A DNA stretch of 64,000 nt from Acidobacteriota bacterium (GTDB taxonomy: Bacteria; Acidobacteriota; UBA890; WLXD01), in the NCBI GenBank assembly GCA_963666055.2, contig CAXWPH010000015.1, forward strand, positions 480,001 through 544,000, written 5' to 3'. The position numbers were made by a program, and so were the translations under genes. The first letter of the stretch is position 1; each line of letters starts with the position of its first letter. Below, in pieces: positions 9,800-22,946 of this stretch. The notes under the pieces were generated by a model. The model ran no database searches, was not told the DNA's origin, and saw only the letters and a list, made by a program, of their open reading frames with translations.

Positions 9800-11173
9800 T
9801 CAGGCCGACGCTTCGAGTGCGCTCACGATATCACTGGCCAGGTTGGCGATCTGGCCGGCATCCTCGCCCTCGACCATCACGCGGGCCATCGGCTGCGTGC
9901 CCGAATAGCGCACCAAGACCCTGCCGCGATCGCCGAGGCTGGATTCGGCATCGCGGATCGCCGCCTGCACATCGGGTAGCTCGTCGATCGGGCGGCGCTC
10001 GGCCACGTCGACGTTCCTCAGCACCTGCGGAAGCGGCTGCATGGATGCGGCGAGCTCACCCAACGGCCGGCCGGTCTCGCGCATGACGCGCAGCACCTGC
10101 AGCGCCGTAATCAGCCCGTCGCCAGTGCTATTGAAGTCGAGAAACACGGTGTGCCCGGACTGCTCACCACCGATGCAGTAGCCGCCGTCGCGCATTTCTG
10201 CTACGACGTGGCGATCGCCAACGTCCGTCCGCTTTACCTTCACGTCGATCTCGCGCAACGCCAGATCGAGGCCGAGGTTGCTCATGACTGTGGCCACCAC
10301 CGTATCGTGGCGAAGCTCGCCCTTTTGCTTCCAAGCGCGCGCACAGATCGTCAGTATGTGATCTCCGTCGACCAAGTTGCCGTCGCTGTCGACCAGCACG
10401 CACCGATCGGCGTCGCCGTCAAGACAAATGCCGACATCGGCCGCACCCTCGCGCACCCGTGCGATGGCCGCCTCGACGTGCATCGAGCCCACCCCGTCGT
10501 TGATGTTCGTGCCGCTCGGCGCGGTGCCGAGAGCAATCACGTCGGCGCCAAGCTCCACCATCACGTCCGGGCCGACCCGATAGGCAGCTCCATGTGCCGC
10601 ATCCACGACGACGCGCATGCCGTCCAGTGTGAAACCGCGCGGCAACGTTCCCTTGAGGAACTCCAGATAGCGACCCGCCACGTCGTCGACGCGGAACGCC
10701 TTGCCGACCGCGTCTGCCGTGGGACGAACATCGTCTATGCGGCCGGTAAACGTGAGCTCCTCGATCTCCTCCTCGAGCTCGTCGGGTAGCTTGAACCCGT
10801 CTCGATTGAAGAACTTGATACCGTTCTCCATGTACGGATTGTGCGACGCCGAAATCACGATGCCGGCATCGGCGCGCAGTGCCCGGGTGGCGAAGGCGAT
10901 CCCGGGCGTCGGTAGCGGTCCCACAAGAATGGCGTCCACACCCATCGAGCAGATACCGGCCACCAGCGCGCTCTCGAGCATGTAGCCCGACAGCCGTGTG
11001 TCCTTGCCGATGAGGATGCGGTGGCGGTGGGTGCCGCCACGGAACACATGTGCCGCGGAGCGGCCCAGTCGGACGGCTGTCTCCACCGTCATCGGCTCGA
11101 TGTTGGCCACGCCGCGTATGCCATCGGTACCGAACAGCCGTGCGCCCATGGTCCGTTTGCCGAATTCCGTCAT
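9800..11173 (-). CDS. glmM: Phosphoglucosamine mutase
   Basis: [28 protein letters not shown]. Confidence 0.97.
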   Translation of the reverse strand: MTEFGKRTMGARLFGTDGIRGVANIEPMTVETAVRLGRSAAHVFRGGTHRHRILIGKDTRLSGYMLESALVAGICSMGVDAILVGPLPTPGIAFATRALRADAGIVISASHNPYMENGIKFFNRDGFKLPDELEEEIEELTFTGRIDDVRPTADAVGKAFRVDDVAGRYLEFLKGTLPRGFTLDGMRVVVDAAHGAAYRVGPDVMVELGADVIALGTAPSGTNINDGVGSMHVEAAIARVREGAADVGICLDGDADRCVLVDSDGNLVDGDHILTICARAWKQKGELRHDTVVATVMSNLGLDLALREIDVKVKRTDVGDRHVVAEMRDGGYCIGGEQSGHTVFLDFNSTGDGLITALQVLRVMRETGRPLGELAASMQPLPQVLRNVDVAERRPIDELPDVQAAIRDAESSLGDRGRVLVRYSGTQPMARVMVEGEDAGQIANLASDIVSALEASA

Positions 11174-12144
11174 GGCGATCCCGCCGGTTGATCGTAGACG
11201 TGGACGTCTATGCGGCTCTGAGGTGTAATCGCCATGATCTCGATACGGTCCGACAGCGAGGCGTCGACGAACTCGATGTGTGGTGCTATCTGATAGTCCT
11301 CTGGCCGCGGCGCGAGATCGCTGGCGTCCAGACGGGCAATGATGTCGTCGGGACCAAGACCATCTAGTACCGACGGCGGGCCACGCAACACAACCCCGAT
11401 CTCCCCGGGATTCACCACGACGCGGTACTCCTCTGTGACGATCTGTACCACGATGCCATCTAGCTGCCGAGGCACCGCCGACTCATTAATGACGATCGTC
11501 ATGATCACACTATCGCCCTCATCGACAGTGACCAACGGGTCATCGGTCAGCACCGCCACCTCTCGGGTGATTGGCTCGCGACGGCCGGCAACGTTGACGG
11601 TCTCGGTGGACACGCTGGTGAGCTCGGCAACCCGCGAGCTCGGCCCGGTCACCGCAACCATCGTCGGCTCGACGATCTTGTCACTGATCTCAAAGCCCGC
11701 CGACGGACTGCCCTCCACCACGGCGTTCACGGGCAGCTCGACGCGTACCTTTTCGTCCAGCTGAATTCTGAGCCGCGCGGGTTCGATGCGATCTACCGAC
11801 ACACCGAAAGGACGGGCGATATCATCGGCTGACAGCGTGATCACATTGTCGCCGACAACGGCGCCGAACATGTCGATGCGCGGCGACAGCTGTCCTGGGG
11901 TGAGATCACGGGTGCGCGCTGGCATGCCGCGCACCGTCACCTCGACGGTGAGCAACGCGGAATCGAGCAGCGCCAGGTCGGAAGGGATGTTCTGCAGCTG
12001 AACCGGCACGCCGCTGACGATATGCAGCACATCCGCATCGGGGACGACGCTCCACAAGCCCAGCGCCATCGCCAGCGAGATCAGCTTCAGTGGAAGGTTG
12101 TCGAACGGTCGGAGGTTTGCCCAGGCGGCACTAATGGGGTTCAT
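11170..12144 (-). CDS. cdaR: CdaR/YbbR-like regulator
   Basis: [13 protein letters not shown] transmembrane start, YbbR-like repeats, lies between cdaA and glmM; start set at MNPISAAW. Confidence 0.85.
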   Translation of the reverse strand: MNPISAAWANLRPFDNLPLKLISLAMALGLWSVVPDADVLHIVSGVPVQLQNIPSDLALLDSALLTVEVTVRGMPARTRDLTPGQLSPRIDMFGAVVGDNVITLSADDIARPFGVSVDRIEPARLRIQLDEKVRVELPVNAVVEGSPSAGFEISDKIVEPTMVAVTGPSSRVAELTSVSTETVNVAGRREPITREVAVLTDDPLVTVDEGDSVIMTIVINESAVPRQLDGIVVQIVTEEYRVVVNPGEIGVVLRGPPSVLDGLGPDDIIARLDASDLAPRPEDYQIAPHIEFVDASLSDRIEIMAITPQSRIDVHVYDQPAGSP

Positions 12145-12986
12145 TCGTGTACCGCCTGCGGCGCCGCATCGTGTCCCACTTGATGCTCGGTCGATTCGGC
12201 CGCTTCCTCGACCTCGAGCTCGGCGCCCGTGGCCTCCTCCACTACCAGCAGCTGGCGCAGTCGGCGGCTCAGCGACGCCGCGTCGAGGCGCCGAGTTATC
12301 TTGCCGCTGACCGCGAGCGAGAGGCTGCCAGACTCTTCTGAAACGACCACCGCGACCGCATCGGTCTCCTCGGAGATGCCGATTGCGGCGCGATGACGCG
12401 AGCCCAGGCCGCGCGACAATCGCGGATTGGAGGTCAGCGGCAAGAAGCACGATGCGGCGGCGGCTCGGTCCCCGCGCACGATTACTGCACCGTCGTGCAA
12501 CGACGTCGCCGGGTGGAAAATCGAAAACAAGAGGTCGAAGGAGATCTTGGCGTCTAACGTGATGCCCTGATCGATGTAGTTCTGCAGCCCGACAGCGCGC
12601 TCGAAAACGATAATCGCCCCGCGGCGCTCAGCTGCCATCGCGGTGGCCGCACTGACGATATCGTCGAACGGCTCTGTCGGAATCGCCGTGGTCAGCCCAC
12701 GCAGCGCCGCAGTGCGGCCGAGATGCGCCAGTCCGCGGCGCAGTTCCGACTGAAAGAGCACGATCACGGCGAGCACGATGTATGTAAATACGTTCGACAG
12801 CAGCCACACGACGGTGCTCAACTGCAGCAGGTTGGCCAGCGTATAAGCGACGAACACCAGCACCAAGCCCACCACCACGCGGACGGCTCTCGTGCCCTGG
12901 ATCAGGATCAGAATCCGGTAGAGCACGTACGCCACCAACAGCACGTCGACGACGTGGCGTAACTCGAACTGGCTCAGGAAATCCAT
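12141..12986 (-). CDS. cdaA: Diadenylate cyclase CdaA
   Basis: Three TM helices, FQSELRRGL, LHDGAV, GSRHRAAIGISEETDA. Confidence 0.95.
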   Translation of the reverse strand: MDFLSQFELRHVVDVLLVAYVLYRILILIQGTRAVRVVVGLVLVFVAYTLANLLQLSTVVWLLSNVFTYIVLAVIVLFQSELRRGLAHLGRTAALRGLTTAIPTEPFDDIVSAATAMAAERRGAIIVFERAVGLQNYIDQGITLDAKISFDLLFSIFHPATSLHDGAVIVRGDRAAAASCFLPLTSNPRLSRGLGSRHRAAIGISEETDAVAVVVSEESGSLSLAVSGKITRRLDAASLSRRLRQLLVVEEATGAELEVEEAAESTEHQVGHDAAPQAVHE

Positions 12987-14208
12987 CCCGCGCCCTCTGA
13001 CCGGATAGCCGCTGCGACTGCGACGACTCGGCGCATCGCGCCGACGTCGTGAACCCTGAGAATGTGGGCTCCGTAAAGCACCGCCGCCGCTACCGCCGCA
13101 GCGGTGCCTTCCAGACGCTCTTCCGTAGGCAAATCTAACACGGCGCCAACGAAGGATTTTCGCGACGGGCCAACCAGTAACGGGCGCCCAAGGGAGCGTA
13201 GAGCAGCTGTGTGGCGCAGAATCGTGAGGCTATGCTCAGCACGCTTGGCGAACCCGATTCCCGGATCCAGGACGATCGCGTCATCAGGCACTCCGGCGCT
13301 GTGGGCGCGCGCCAGCGCCTCGCGTAACTCGCGTGCCACCTCGGCGACCACGTCCTGATAGTCGGCATGCTCAACCATGTTGCCCGGCTCGCCGCGCGTG
13401 TGCATGAGCACCACAGGTACATCAGCCTCCGCAACGACGGCACCGAGCTCCGGGTCGTGGCGCAGACCGCTGACATCGTTCACGAGGCTCGCGCCGGCCT
13501 GCAGCGCCGCGCGAGCCACCGCGCCACGGCGGGTGTCGACCGAGATCGGAACCTCCACCTTGCGAGCCAGTGCCTCGACCACCGGCACGACGCGTTCGAT
13601 CTCTTCGGCGGCGTCGACAGGCTCGCTTCCGGGGCGTGTCGATTCGCCGCCCACGTCGATGACGTCAGCGCCCTCGTCGACCATTTGCAACCCCTGGTCG
13701 ACAGCACTCGCTCCCTGTCGCCGACTGCTTGCAAAAAATGAGTCCGGGGTGCAGTTGACGATCCCCATCACGAGCGGCTTCGGACCGCACTGGAGCGTCC
13801 AGGCTCCGCAGCGCAGAGTGAAGTCGCGGCGGTGATAGGCGCGCAGCACGCCGGCGATCTCCTCGGCGACTCGCAGTAGGGGCGACGGGGCAGCGAGCAG
13901 CTGACTACGAAGCGCCTCGACCTGTTGCATCCCGAGGGCAATGTGGACGACGCCCGGGGCGCGATCTGCTGGCTGGCAGCGTCCGCCGACCAGACCAACG
14001 GCGCGTTGAAACGGTTCGAGTAGCGCGTCTTCTACACCTTCGAGCCGGATTAGGTAGCTGCCCAACTCCAGGCCGAGCCGGTCGGATTCCGGGCTGCCGG
14101 CGGGCACCTCGGGAAACGGGTCAAAGCCTTTCAGTACGACGGCGTTGTGTGGCGATGACCGGCTGCCAGCGCTCCGCGGCCGGGCAGATACGGCCCCGGC
14201 CGAGGGAA

Positions 14209-14212
<4 letters not shown>
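12974..14212 (-). CDS. folP: Dihydropteroate synthase with N-terminal extension
   Basis: [40 protein letters not shown]. Confidence 0.95.
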
Positions 14213-16134
<1,922 letters not shown>

Positions 16135-16190
16135 GATGCCTTCAGAGTACACCACCACGAACGAGCCGAGCTAGCTTGTTCGAACACGTC

Positions 16191-17222
16191 TCAGCAGCCG
16201 TTCGGGGCGGCCAAACGGCGGTTCTGCAGCGGCATCAGACGTAGTCGGCCTGCCTCGACGCGGGCCCGTACACCGGGCAGATCACGAGCCGATTCGACGC
16301 CGGTGAGCAACCGCTCGACGATCGCCTCCACATGCGCCCGATGCAGGCCGCGCAGCCCACCCCGCACTTCCGAGAGCGCGCGCCTCAGCACCCGCGTGGC
16401 CAACGCACGCGGCAGGCCATGCAGAACCTCCACATCGAGCGCCGTGGCCCCGGGGTAGACATCGTCGCGGCGCGCTCGCGCCAGCGCCTCATCCACCAAG
16501 CCATCGAGCCACTCGTTGTCCTGATCGAGCAACTCTGCCGCTCGTCCAATGCGTTCCACGGCGCCTGGCACGGCTTGTTCAAGCGCTGGCAGCACGAGGC
16601 TACGGACGCGGTTCCGGGTGAAGCGAAAATCACTGTTCGACCGGTCCTCGCGCCACGGCACCCCGCGCCCCTGCAGATACTGGCGCAGCGCCTCTCGGCG
16701 CACCCCGAGCATCGGCCTGAGAAGCAATAGCCCGCCGACGTGGTTGCGCCAACGCATGCCCGCCAGCCCGCGCAGTCCGGTCCCACGGGCCAGATTCATG
16801 AGGACCGTCTCGACGCGTTCATCGAGCGTGTGGCCCAAGGCCACAGCATCGGCGCCGATTCGTCCGACTACCTCAGTCAAGAAGCGATGCCGAGCATCAC
16901 GCAGCCGTTCCTCCAGTCCGCCGCCAGCGGCATCCGGATCGTCGAGACGGCCAGTCTCGTAGGCCACGTCGCACCGCTGGGCGAGGTCCCGCACGTGACG
17001 TTCGTCCGCCTCGGAGTCGGCGCCTCGCAAGCCGTGGTTCAGGTGAGCCAGGGCAACCGTGAGGTCGAATCGAGGCGCGAGCTCGACCATCAGGTCGGCG
17101 AGCGCCACGGAGTCGCCACCGCCACTACACGCCACCACCAGGTGGCGAATTCCCCGCAGCAGACCACGGCGCTCGATCGCGTCGATGACCGCATCGAGCA
17201 CGGCTGTCTCAGGCTCTGACAT
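16191..17222 (-). CDS. tilS: tRNA(Ile)-lysidine synthase
   Basis: ACSGGGDS PP-loop, HLNHGLR, LGHT, DRSN, RNRVR; upstream of ftsH. Confidence 0.93.
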   Translation of the reverse strand: MSEPETAVLDAVIDAIERRGLLRGIRHLVVACSGGGDSVALADLMVELAPRFDLTVALAHLNHGLRGADSEADERHVRDLAQRCDVAYETGRLDDPDAAGGGLEERLRDARHRFLTEVVGRIGADAVALGHTLDERVETVLMNLARGTGLRGLAGMRWRNHVGGLLLLRPMLGVRREALRQYLQGRGVPWREDRSNSDFRFTRNRVRSLVLPALEQAVPGAVERIGRAAELLDQDNEWLDGLVDEALARARRDDVYPGATALDVEVLHGLPRALATRVLRRALSEVRGGLRGLHRAHVEAIVERLLTGVESARDLPGVRARVEAGRLRLMPLQNRRLAAPNGC

Positions 17223-17317
17223 GATTCGACTCGTTCGGGGTCTCGTCGAGGCGCCTGGCGACTCGTATCGCAACGCTCAGAAGAACGCCAGCCGCAGGCG
17301 CTGCGCGCTCCAAAAAG

Positions 17318-17390
17318 TGGCGGTGGAGGGACTTGAACCCCCGACTCGGCGGATATGAGCCGCCTGCTCTGCCGACTGAGCTACACCGCC
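17318..17390 (-). tRNA. tRNA-Met(CAT), elongator type
   Basis: ggcggtgtagctcag...ggcggctCATatccgcc...ggttcaagtccctccaccgcca; CCA not encoded. Confidence 0.92.
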
Positions 17391-17721
17391 AGGCTTGGCA
17401 CGCAGTGTGCGTGACTGAACCGGACGCCGGCCGCCAGGGGCCCTGCCGCGGCGGGCCCTGTCGGCGTTCGATGGTAGGTGCAGTACCGCGCCATGTCAAA
17501 GCGCATCCGGGACGGACTGACGCTGCCGCGGCGGCCGCACGGGCCGCGGCTGAATGGTCCCGGCCGTGCTTGTCCAGCGGGCCGTTTTTTAGGTTTGCTC
17601 AGGCTTTCTCCGGCCTGCCAAACTCACCGAAGTCACACTCCGATATCGGCCAAAGCCGGACCCCGCCACGGCACTTCGAGTTGCGGCGAGGTACTTGGCT
17701 CGACACCTGGGAGTTTCCGAG

Positions 17722-18246
17722 ATGCGCAAGAATACGCCGACGATCTGCACGATCGGCCTGCTCGCCCTTGTTGGGCTTGGGTGCACCGAACACCAAGGAC
17801 AGATTGGTGTCTTCCTGACGGGCTTAACCACCGGAACCACCTTCACGACCACCGCGCAACAGGTAACCGTAGAGGTTATCGGCGTCGACGTGCTCGACAG
17901 CGACTCGGGCGCCTTCGTCACCCTGTCAGCCGGGAGCCAGCTATACGAGATTCTCGGCCTCGCCGGAAACGAGCAGCTCCTGGCGCTAGCCAACCAGCTC
18001 GACGAGGGCACCTACCATCAGATCCGGGTGCGTTTCTCCGAGGCCAACAGCAGGGTGATCAACGCCGTCGGTCGGAGCGAAAAGCTGAAGATCGATCCCG
18101 AGTCGGTCACTGTGTCGATCCCCTTCAGCGTGCAGACTGACGGCAGCACCCGCGTCATCATCGCGATGGACGTAGGTCGGAGCCTATCGCGAAAGGCCAA
18201 CGGCACGTGGATGCTGCGACCCGTGTTGCGTCCCGCAATCGAGTAG
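17722..18246 (+). CDS. DUF4382-like lipoprotein
   Basis: Lipobox LGC, GTYHQIRV, MDVGRSL, LRPVLR C-terminus. Confidence 0.7.
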   Translation: MRKNTPTICTIGLLALVGLGCTEHQGQIGVFLTGLTTGTTFTTTAQQVTVEVIGVDVLDSDSGAFVTLSAGSQLYEILGLAGNEQLLALANQLDEGTYHQIRVRFSEANSRVINAVGRSEKLKIDPESVTVSIPFSVQTDGSTRVIIAMDVGRSLSRKANGTWMLRPVLRPAIE

Positions 18247-18329
18247 CACGACGCATCGCCCTAACCAGGTCCGCCACACTTCCACCACGGCCTGCTAGCC
18301 GAAGCCGGCGCCTGCTTCCTGGTCCGCGT

Positions 18330-18592
18330 CGTGTGATCGCGATGGCCGTCGTGCACAGGTAGTACGCCATGGTCTTGCCGCCGATTCGTCCGAGCTTCTT
18401 CAGATCACCGACGGTAGCGGTACCAACCAGCAGCGAGGAAAACACCAACGGCACCACGACTAGCCGTATCAAGCGCAGGAACAGATCGCCGATCGGTCTG
18501 AGCATCATGGCGCCCTCGGCAAACACCGCGCCGACCAAAATGCCGACGAGCATGCCGATAGCGATCTGTGTAGGCAGCGAGAGCCGTCTCAT
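18330..18592 (-). pseudogene. Dicarboxylate/amino acid:cation symporter, N-terminal fragment
   Basis: IGDLFLRLIRLVVVPLVFSSL, LGRIGGKTMAYYL; homology ends after about 87 aa. Confidence 0.85.
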
Positions 18593-18658
18593 TTGCCTGT
18601 CCAGTCCGTCAAGGGCTGCGCCAGCCTAACCGGAACGAGGCGCAGCTGATCGGCACCG

Positions 18659-18693
18659 AAAAAAGCTCCGGGAGACCGGCGGTCGCCCGGAGC
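18659..18693 (-). terminator. Rho-independent terminator after carD
   Basis: gctccgggcgacc-gcc-ggtctcccggagc hairpin followed by T6 on the minus strand. Confidence 0.7.
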
Positions 18694-18717
18694 GAGACGC
18701 GCGCCTGCCAGGCGGAC

Positions 18718-19266
18718 TCAGGAAGCCTTGGCGCGATCGCGATCGCCGGACTGCTTGCGCGCCTCGATGCAATCATCGAGGGCTGCCTCGACGTCCGGTT
18801 GCACGATCTCCTCTGAACGCCCTTGCACCATAGCGATCTCGGAGATGATCAGATGCTTGGCCTGGTCGTACATGCGCTTCTCGCGATAGGAGAGCGCCTT
18901 GCGCTGCGTCAGGTGCTGGAGGTTTTTGAGAACGTCCGCCATCTCGAAAAGATGACCCGAACGCATTTTCTCGGCGTTCTCCTTGTACCGACCCTTCCAG
19001 TTGCTATGGGTCTCGAAGTCGGGGTCGCGCAGATGCTTGAACAGCCTTCTGATCTGCGTCTTGCCAAAGATCTTGCGTAGCCCGACCGCCTTGGAGTTGC
19101 CGACCGGCACCATCACCGTGGTTTCGTTGGCGAAGAGCCGGAGATGATAGAAGTCTTGATCGAGCCCGGCGATTTGGGTCCGTTTGACGTCCTCGATAAT
19201 CCCCACGCCATGGTTCGGATAGACGACATAGTCGCCGACTTCAAAGCGCAAAGGGCTCTCCTGCAT
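18718..19266 (-). CDS. carD: CarD family transcriptional regulator
   Basis: FEVGDYVVYPNHGVG, VMVPV, GLR, NWKGRY. Confidence 0.93.
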   Translation of the reverse strand: MQESPLRFEVGDYVVYPNHGVGIIEDVKRTQIAGLDQDFYHLRLFANETTVMVPVGNSKAVGLRKIFGKTQIRRLFKHLRDPDFETHSNWKGRYKENAEKMRSGHLFEMADVLKNLQHLTQRKALSYREKRMYDQAKHLIISEIAMVQGRSEEIVQPDVEAALDDCIEARKQSGDRDRAKAS

Positions 19267-19755
19267 GTTTGCTGCGTAGGTTGCTGCGGAGCGGGCGGGG
19301 AATTCACATTCTATCCGAAAATGAGGCAAAACTCAAGACGCCGAGCGGCCCGCAGAGCCCTTTGCTGCGGGCGATTTCTGGATCCGGCGGCGCAGAACAA
19401 CGCCGCGCGGCATCCGGTTGACAAGCGCGGCCACGCGGCCATAATCAGGGGCGGTTCGGGCGATCCTCATGGCCGCGTGGCGCGCGCCTGCGGTGTCCGG
19501 CTACAACAAACAATCAGGCGATACCGCTTCGCAACATGGCTCGTCCGTCAGGGCGCCGGTAACACCGATGTGCGGCGCAGCCCCGACTGCACATCGGACG
19601 GGAGGCTTACTGGTCGGGCTTCCGAAGCCACACGCGGGCCGGTGTGAACGTGGCGAAAGGGGCAAACCTCGTTCCGAGTCCTGGTTGGCCGGTGCCAATG
19701 GCCGTGTTGCGGGGAGGCTGTTCGTGGGGATCGCCCGTTCCGTTTTTCGGGACCG

Positions 19756-21810
19756 TTACTGGGCTGGGGCCTGGCCAGGGATCAAGTTCGCGGCAACACG
19801 CAAATCAGCCGCAGCGCGCAGGCTCACCGCAGCCGCAACGAGCTCGACTGCAGCGGCACGAATCGATGACGCCAAATCATCGAGCTCCCTGGCGAGCGCA
19901 CCATCATCGTCACGGCGCAGGGCGTGCTGAACCCCGGGCAGCAGCTCGGCGGCGTACAGATCGCCGGCGGACGGAGCGTAGAAGAGGTTCTTGAACCAGG
20001 GGCGAGCCGAGAGTCCGCCAGGCCGGGTAAACGCCCTCTCGACCCGTAATAGGTGATCGTTGACCCGTTGTAGTCCTATCGGCCTCTCGCCGGCCGACGC
20101 TCGCTGCAGCACCTGACGTGTGTTGGCCTCTAGCTCGCCGGCGGCCGCCGCCAGGGCGGCTATGGCGCGGTGCTGACGATAGCCAGGATCGCCGAATCGG
20201 TCCACGAACGTATGGGTGTCGTAGGCAGAGTGGTATACCCCCGAGCTCCCTGAGAATCCGAGCCCGACGGTAGGCACTCCGAGCACGGCCGCAAACGTCG
20301 CGTCGTCGGAGCCACCTGCCGGTAGCGGCACCCGCGGCTCGCCGCTGGGCAGCATGGCGGCGCGCCGGCGCCAAGCGTCGTAGATGCTGGTCGTCGCTAA
20401 CATCGGGTCGGCGACTACTCGCGTCGCGGAGCGGATGAGCGTGCGCAAGGAAGGCGATGCAGTGGCCGAGAAGTAGGGGCCGCCAACGACCCCGTCGAGA
20501 TTGATGTAGGCAACCGCGGAGCTGCGAAGCTGGTCCGCATTGGCTTCTGTCCATTCGGTGGAGCCGATCAAGCCCCACTCCTCGCCGTCCCACGCGGCGA
20601 ACAGAATGCTGCGACGAGGCGGCCAGCCGGCGGCGCTCAGCTCTGCCAGCGCGCGCGCCGCCTCCAGCATCGCCACCGTTCCCGAAAGATTGTCCACCGC
20701 GCCAGCCGTCCAGGAGTCGTAGTGCGCGCCGAGGATTACCCACTCCTGTGGCCGGTGGCGTCCGCGAAGCGTCCCCACGACGTTGCGGATTCTCCGTGTC
20801 GAGATGTCATGAAGCTCGACGCGCACACGCGCCCGAACGCCGCCGCCGCCGACGTGATAGTGAAAGGGCAGCGCCCCCTGCCAGCCAGCCGGCGCCTCGG
20901 TGCCGGCCAGATGTCGCAGAAGCTCCGCCGCCGACCCGTAACCCAGGGCGACGACCGGGATCGACGGAAGGGGTGTGACCGGAGGCGACTGGCCGGCTAT
21001 GGCAGCTCCGGCGGTGGCCGGCCGGCCCGGCGTGTTCGGATCACCCGGTGGTCCGATGCGCACTGAGCCGCGCTGCACACCGGTCCACGGCCGGAACGGA
21101 CCGCGCGGATACACGTCGCCACGGAAGTAGCCGTCGTCGAACGGATCTGAGTACAGCAACACGGCTGCGGCGGCGGCCGCCTCGGCATTGTGAACCTTGG
21201 CGCCGCGAAACACCTGGCCGTATCGCATCACGATGATCTTGCCGGCAGTATCGACACGCAGCGCCCGGAGCGCGGCGAAGTCAGCCGGCCTCCCGTAGTT
21301 GGCGTAGACCACGCCTGCCTCTACATCCCCGGCGGCTGAGTACGCTGCCACCGCGGGATACTGACTCGCACCGCTGGCCGCATCCTCGGGGAGCGGTTCC
21401 TCCTCGAGGCTCAGCGGCAGCGGCAGCGGCGAGAGGCGATCCACTCGCGCCGACCGCGCGTGTGGCAACAGCACGTCGTACTCATGCACCTGGACTTCAA
21501 GGCCCCAGCCAGCCATGAGGTCGGCGATCTCGCCCGCGGCGCGGGCCGCTGCAGGCGTGCCCGCTACCCTTGCCTCACTGCCAAGTCGATGCGCCATGGC
21601 GCGCAAGCGATCGGTGTCGGGAATGGCTGCGAGGCGCACCTGGCGCTCGATGGCGGCACCCCATGGGGCCTGGAAACCGCGTAAGCGAGTCGCCCCGGGT
21701 ACCTCGCCTCGTCCGGGTAAAGCCGACAACAGCATGGCCGCAGCCAGGCAACCACGGAAGGCTGTACGTGGCAGACTGGAGCTGGAGTTCCGTCGGTCGG
21801 TCGACAACAT
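19756..21810 (-). CDS. M28 peptidase, glutamate carboxypeptidase II-like (PA + TFR dimerisation domain)
   Basis: VYANYG, VQRGS, GAHYDSW, WDGEEWGLIGS, YHSAYD. Confidence 0.9.
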   Translation of the reverse strand: MLSTDRRNSSSSLPRTAFRGCLAAAMLLSALPGRGEVPGATRLRGFQAPWGAAIERQVRLAAIPDTDRLRAMAHRLGSEARVAGTPAAARAAGEIADLMAGWGLEVQVHEYDVLLPHARSARVDRLSPLPLPLSLEEEPLPEDAASGASQYPAVAAYSAAGDVEAGVVYANYGRPADFAALRALRVDTAGKIIVMRYGQVFRGAKVHNAEAAAAAAVLLYSDPFDDGYFRGDVYPRGPFRPWTGVQRGSVRIGPPGDPNTPGRPATAGAAIAGQSPPVTPLPSIPVVALGYGSAAELLRHLAGTEAPAGWQGALPFHYHVGGGGVRARVRVELHDISTRRIRNVVGTLRGRHRPQEWVILGAHYDSWTAGAVDNLSGTVAMLEAARALAELSAAGWPPRRSILFAAWDGEEWGLIGSTEWTEANADQLRSSAVAYINLDGVVGGPYFSATASPSLRTLIRSATRVVADPMLATTSIYDAWRRRAAMLPSGEPRVPLPAGGSDDATFAAVLGVPTVGLGFSGSSGVYHSAYDTHTFVDRFGDPGYRQHRAIAALAAAAGELEANTRQVLQRASAGERPIGLQRVNDHLLRVERAFTRPGGLSARPWFKNLFYAPSAGDLYAAELLPGVQHALRRDDDGALARELDDLASSIRAAAVELVAAAVSLRAAADLRVAANLIPGQAPAQ

Positions 21811-22123
21811 CGGGGCAGACTAGAGTCGCGGAACGCCAAACTCAAAGCAGCGCGGCCCCAGTTGGCCGCGGTCGGCGGGCGACTTGAGAACCGTTCGTAT
21901 GACGACAACTGTCCAAAACAGCGTCGATATGCGGTCGCACACCGATACAGACGCGCCCGGTGGTACAGCGCTGGGCCCGCCATCAGGGGCCCGTGCGGGC
22001 CTGCGGGGGAAACCGACCGACGGCACGGTGTTTGCACAAGAAACGATCGGATCGAGATTGATGGCTTTACTCGATGCCGAACGCCAGGGCTCGAGGGTGT
22101 CCCCGATCGGAGGAAGATTCGCA

Positions 22124-22936
22124 ATGCGCAACGATTGGCTTGAAAGACTCGAACGCGGTCGCCGTCATCTCGCCGCCAGCTGGCGAACGGCGACGCTCTG
22201 CTGGCTCCTACTGCTGGTTCCGGCCATCGCGGCAGCCACTCCCGACGACGAGCCCAGCAGCCCTACACAGGGGCCTGATTTCCGATTCAGCTCTCCGAGC
22301 AGCGCGTTGGGGATCCGCGGCGGTTTCGCCTTCAATCGGGCCGAGGGCGAGATCTTCGACTTCCTGACGGGTGATCTGACGCTCGAGCCCTCCGACTTCG
22401 ACGCCGGGATCATAGCGTTCGACTTCGGGATGCGGCTGTCGGATCAGGTCGACCTGGTGTTTGGCGTGGAGTACAGCCGCACGAGCAAGAACTCCGAGTA
22501 CCGGGATTTCGTCGACCAGGACGATATTCCGATCGTGCAAGAGACCACGTTTACGCAGGTACCGTTGACATTGAGCCTAAAGTGGTACCTGGGGTCGCGT
22601 GGACAGAGGGTTGGCCAGTACGCTTGGGTACCGAACACCGTCGTCCCCTACATCGGTGCCGGCGGTGGCTTTACCTGGTATGAGCTGGAGCAGGTTGGTG
22701 AGTTCATCGACTTTCGAGACTTCGCGATCTTTGAAGACACGTTCACCTCAAACGGTTTTACCGCTGCCGCCCACGCCTTTGCCGGCGTGGATATCAAGCT
22801 CACGCCGTCCATCGGGTTGATCATCGATGCTCGGTACCACTGGGCGAGTGCCGATCTCAAAGGCAACTTCGTCGGCTTCGCGCCGATCGATTTGAACGGC
22901 TTGCACGCCACCGCGGGTGTGGCGTTCAAGTTCTAA
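22124..22936 (+). CDS. Outer-membrane beta-barrel protein
   Basis: Signal peptide, PYIGAGGG, amphipathic strands, terminal Phe. Confidence 0.8.
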   Translation: MRNDWLERLERGRRHLAASWRTATLCWLLLLVPAIAAATPDDEPSSPTQGPDFRFSSPSSALGIRGGFAFNRAEGEIFDFLTGDLTLEPSDFDAGIIAFDFGMRLSDQVDLVFGVEYSRTSKNSEYRDFVDQDDIPIVQETTFTQVPLTLSLKWYLGSRGQRVGQYAWVPNTVVPYIGAGGGFTWYELEQVGEFIDFRDFAIFEDTFTSNGFTAAAHAFAGVDIKLTPSIGLIIDARYHWASADLKGNFVGFAPIDLNGLHATAGVAFKF

Positions 22937-22946
22937 GGGAGGGGTC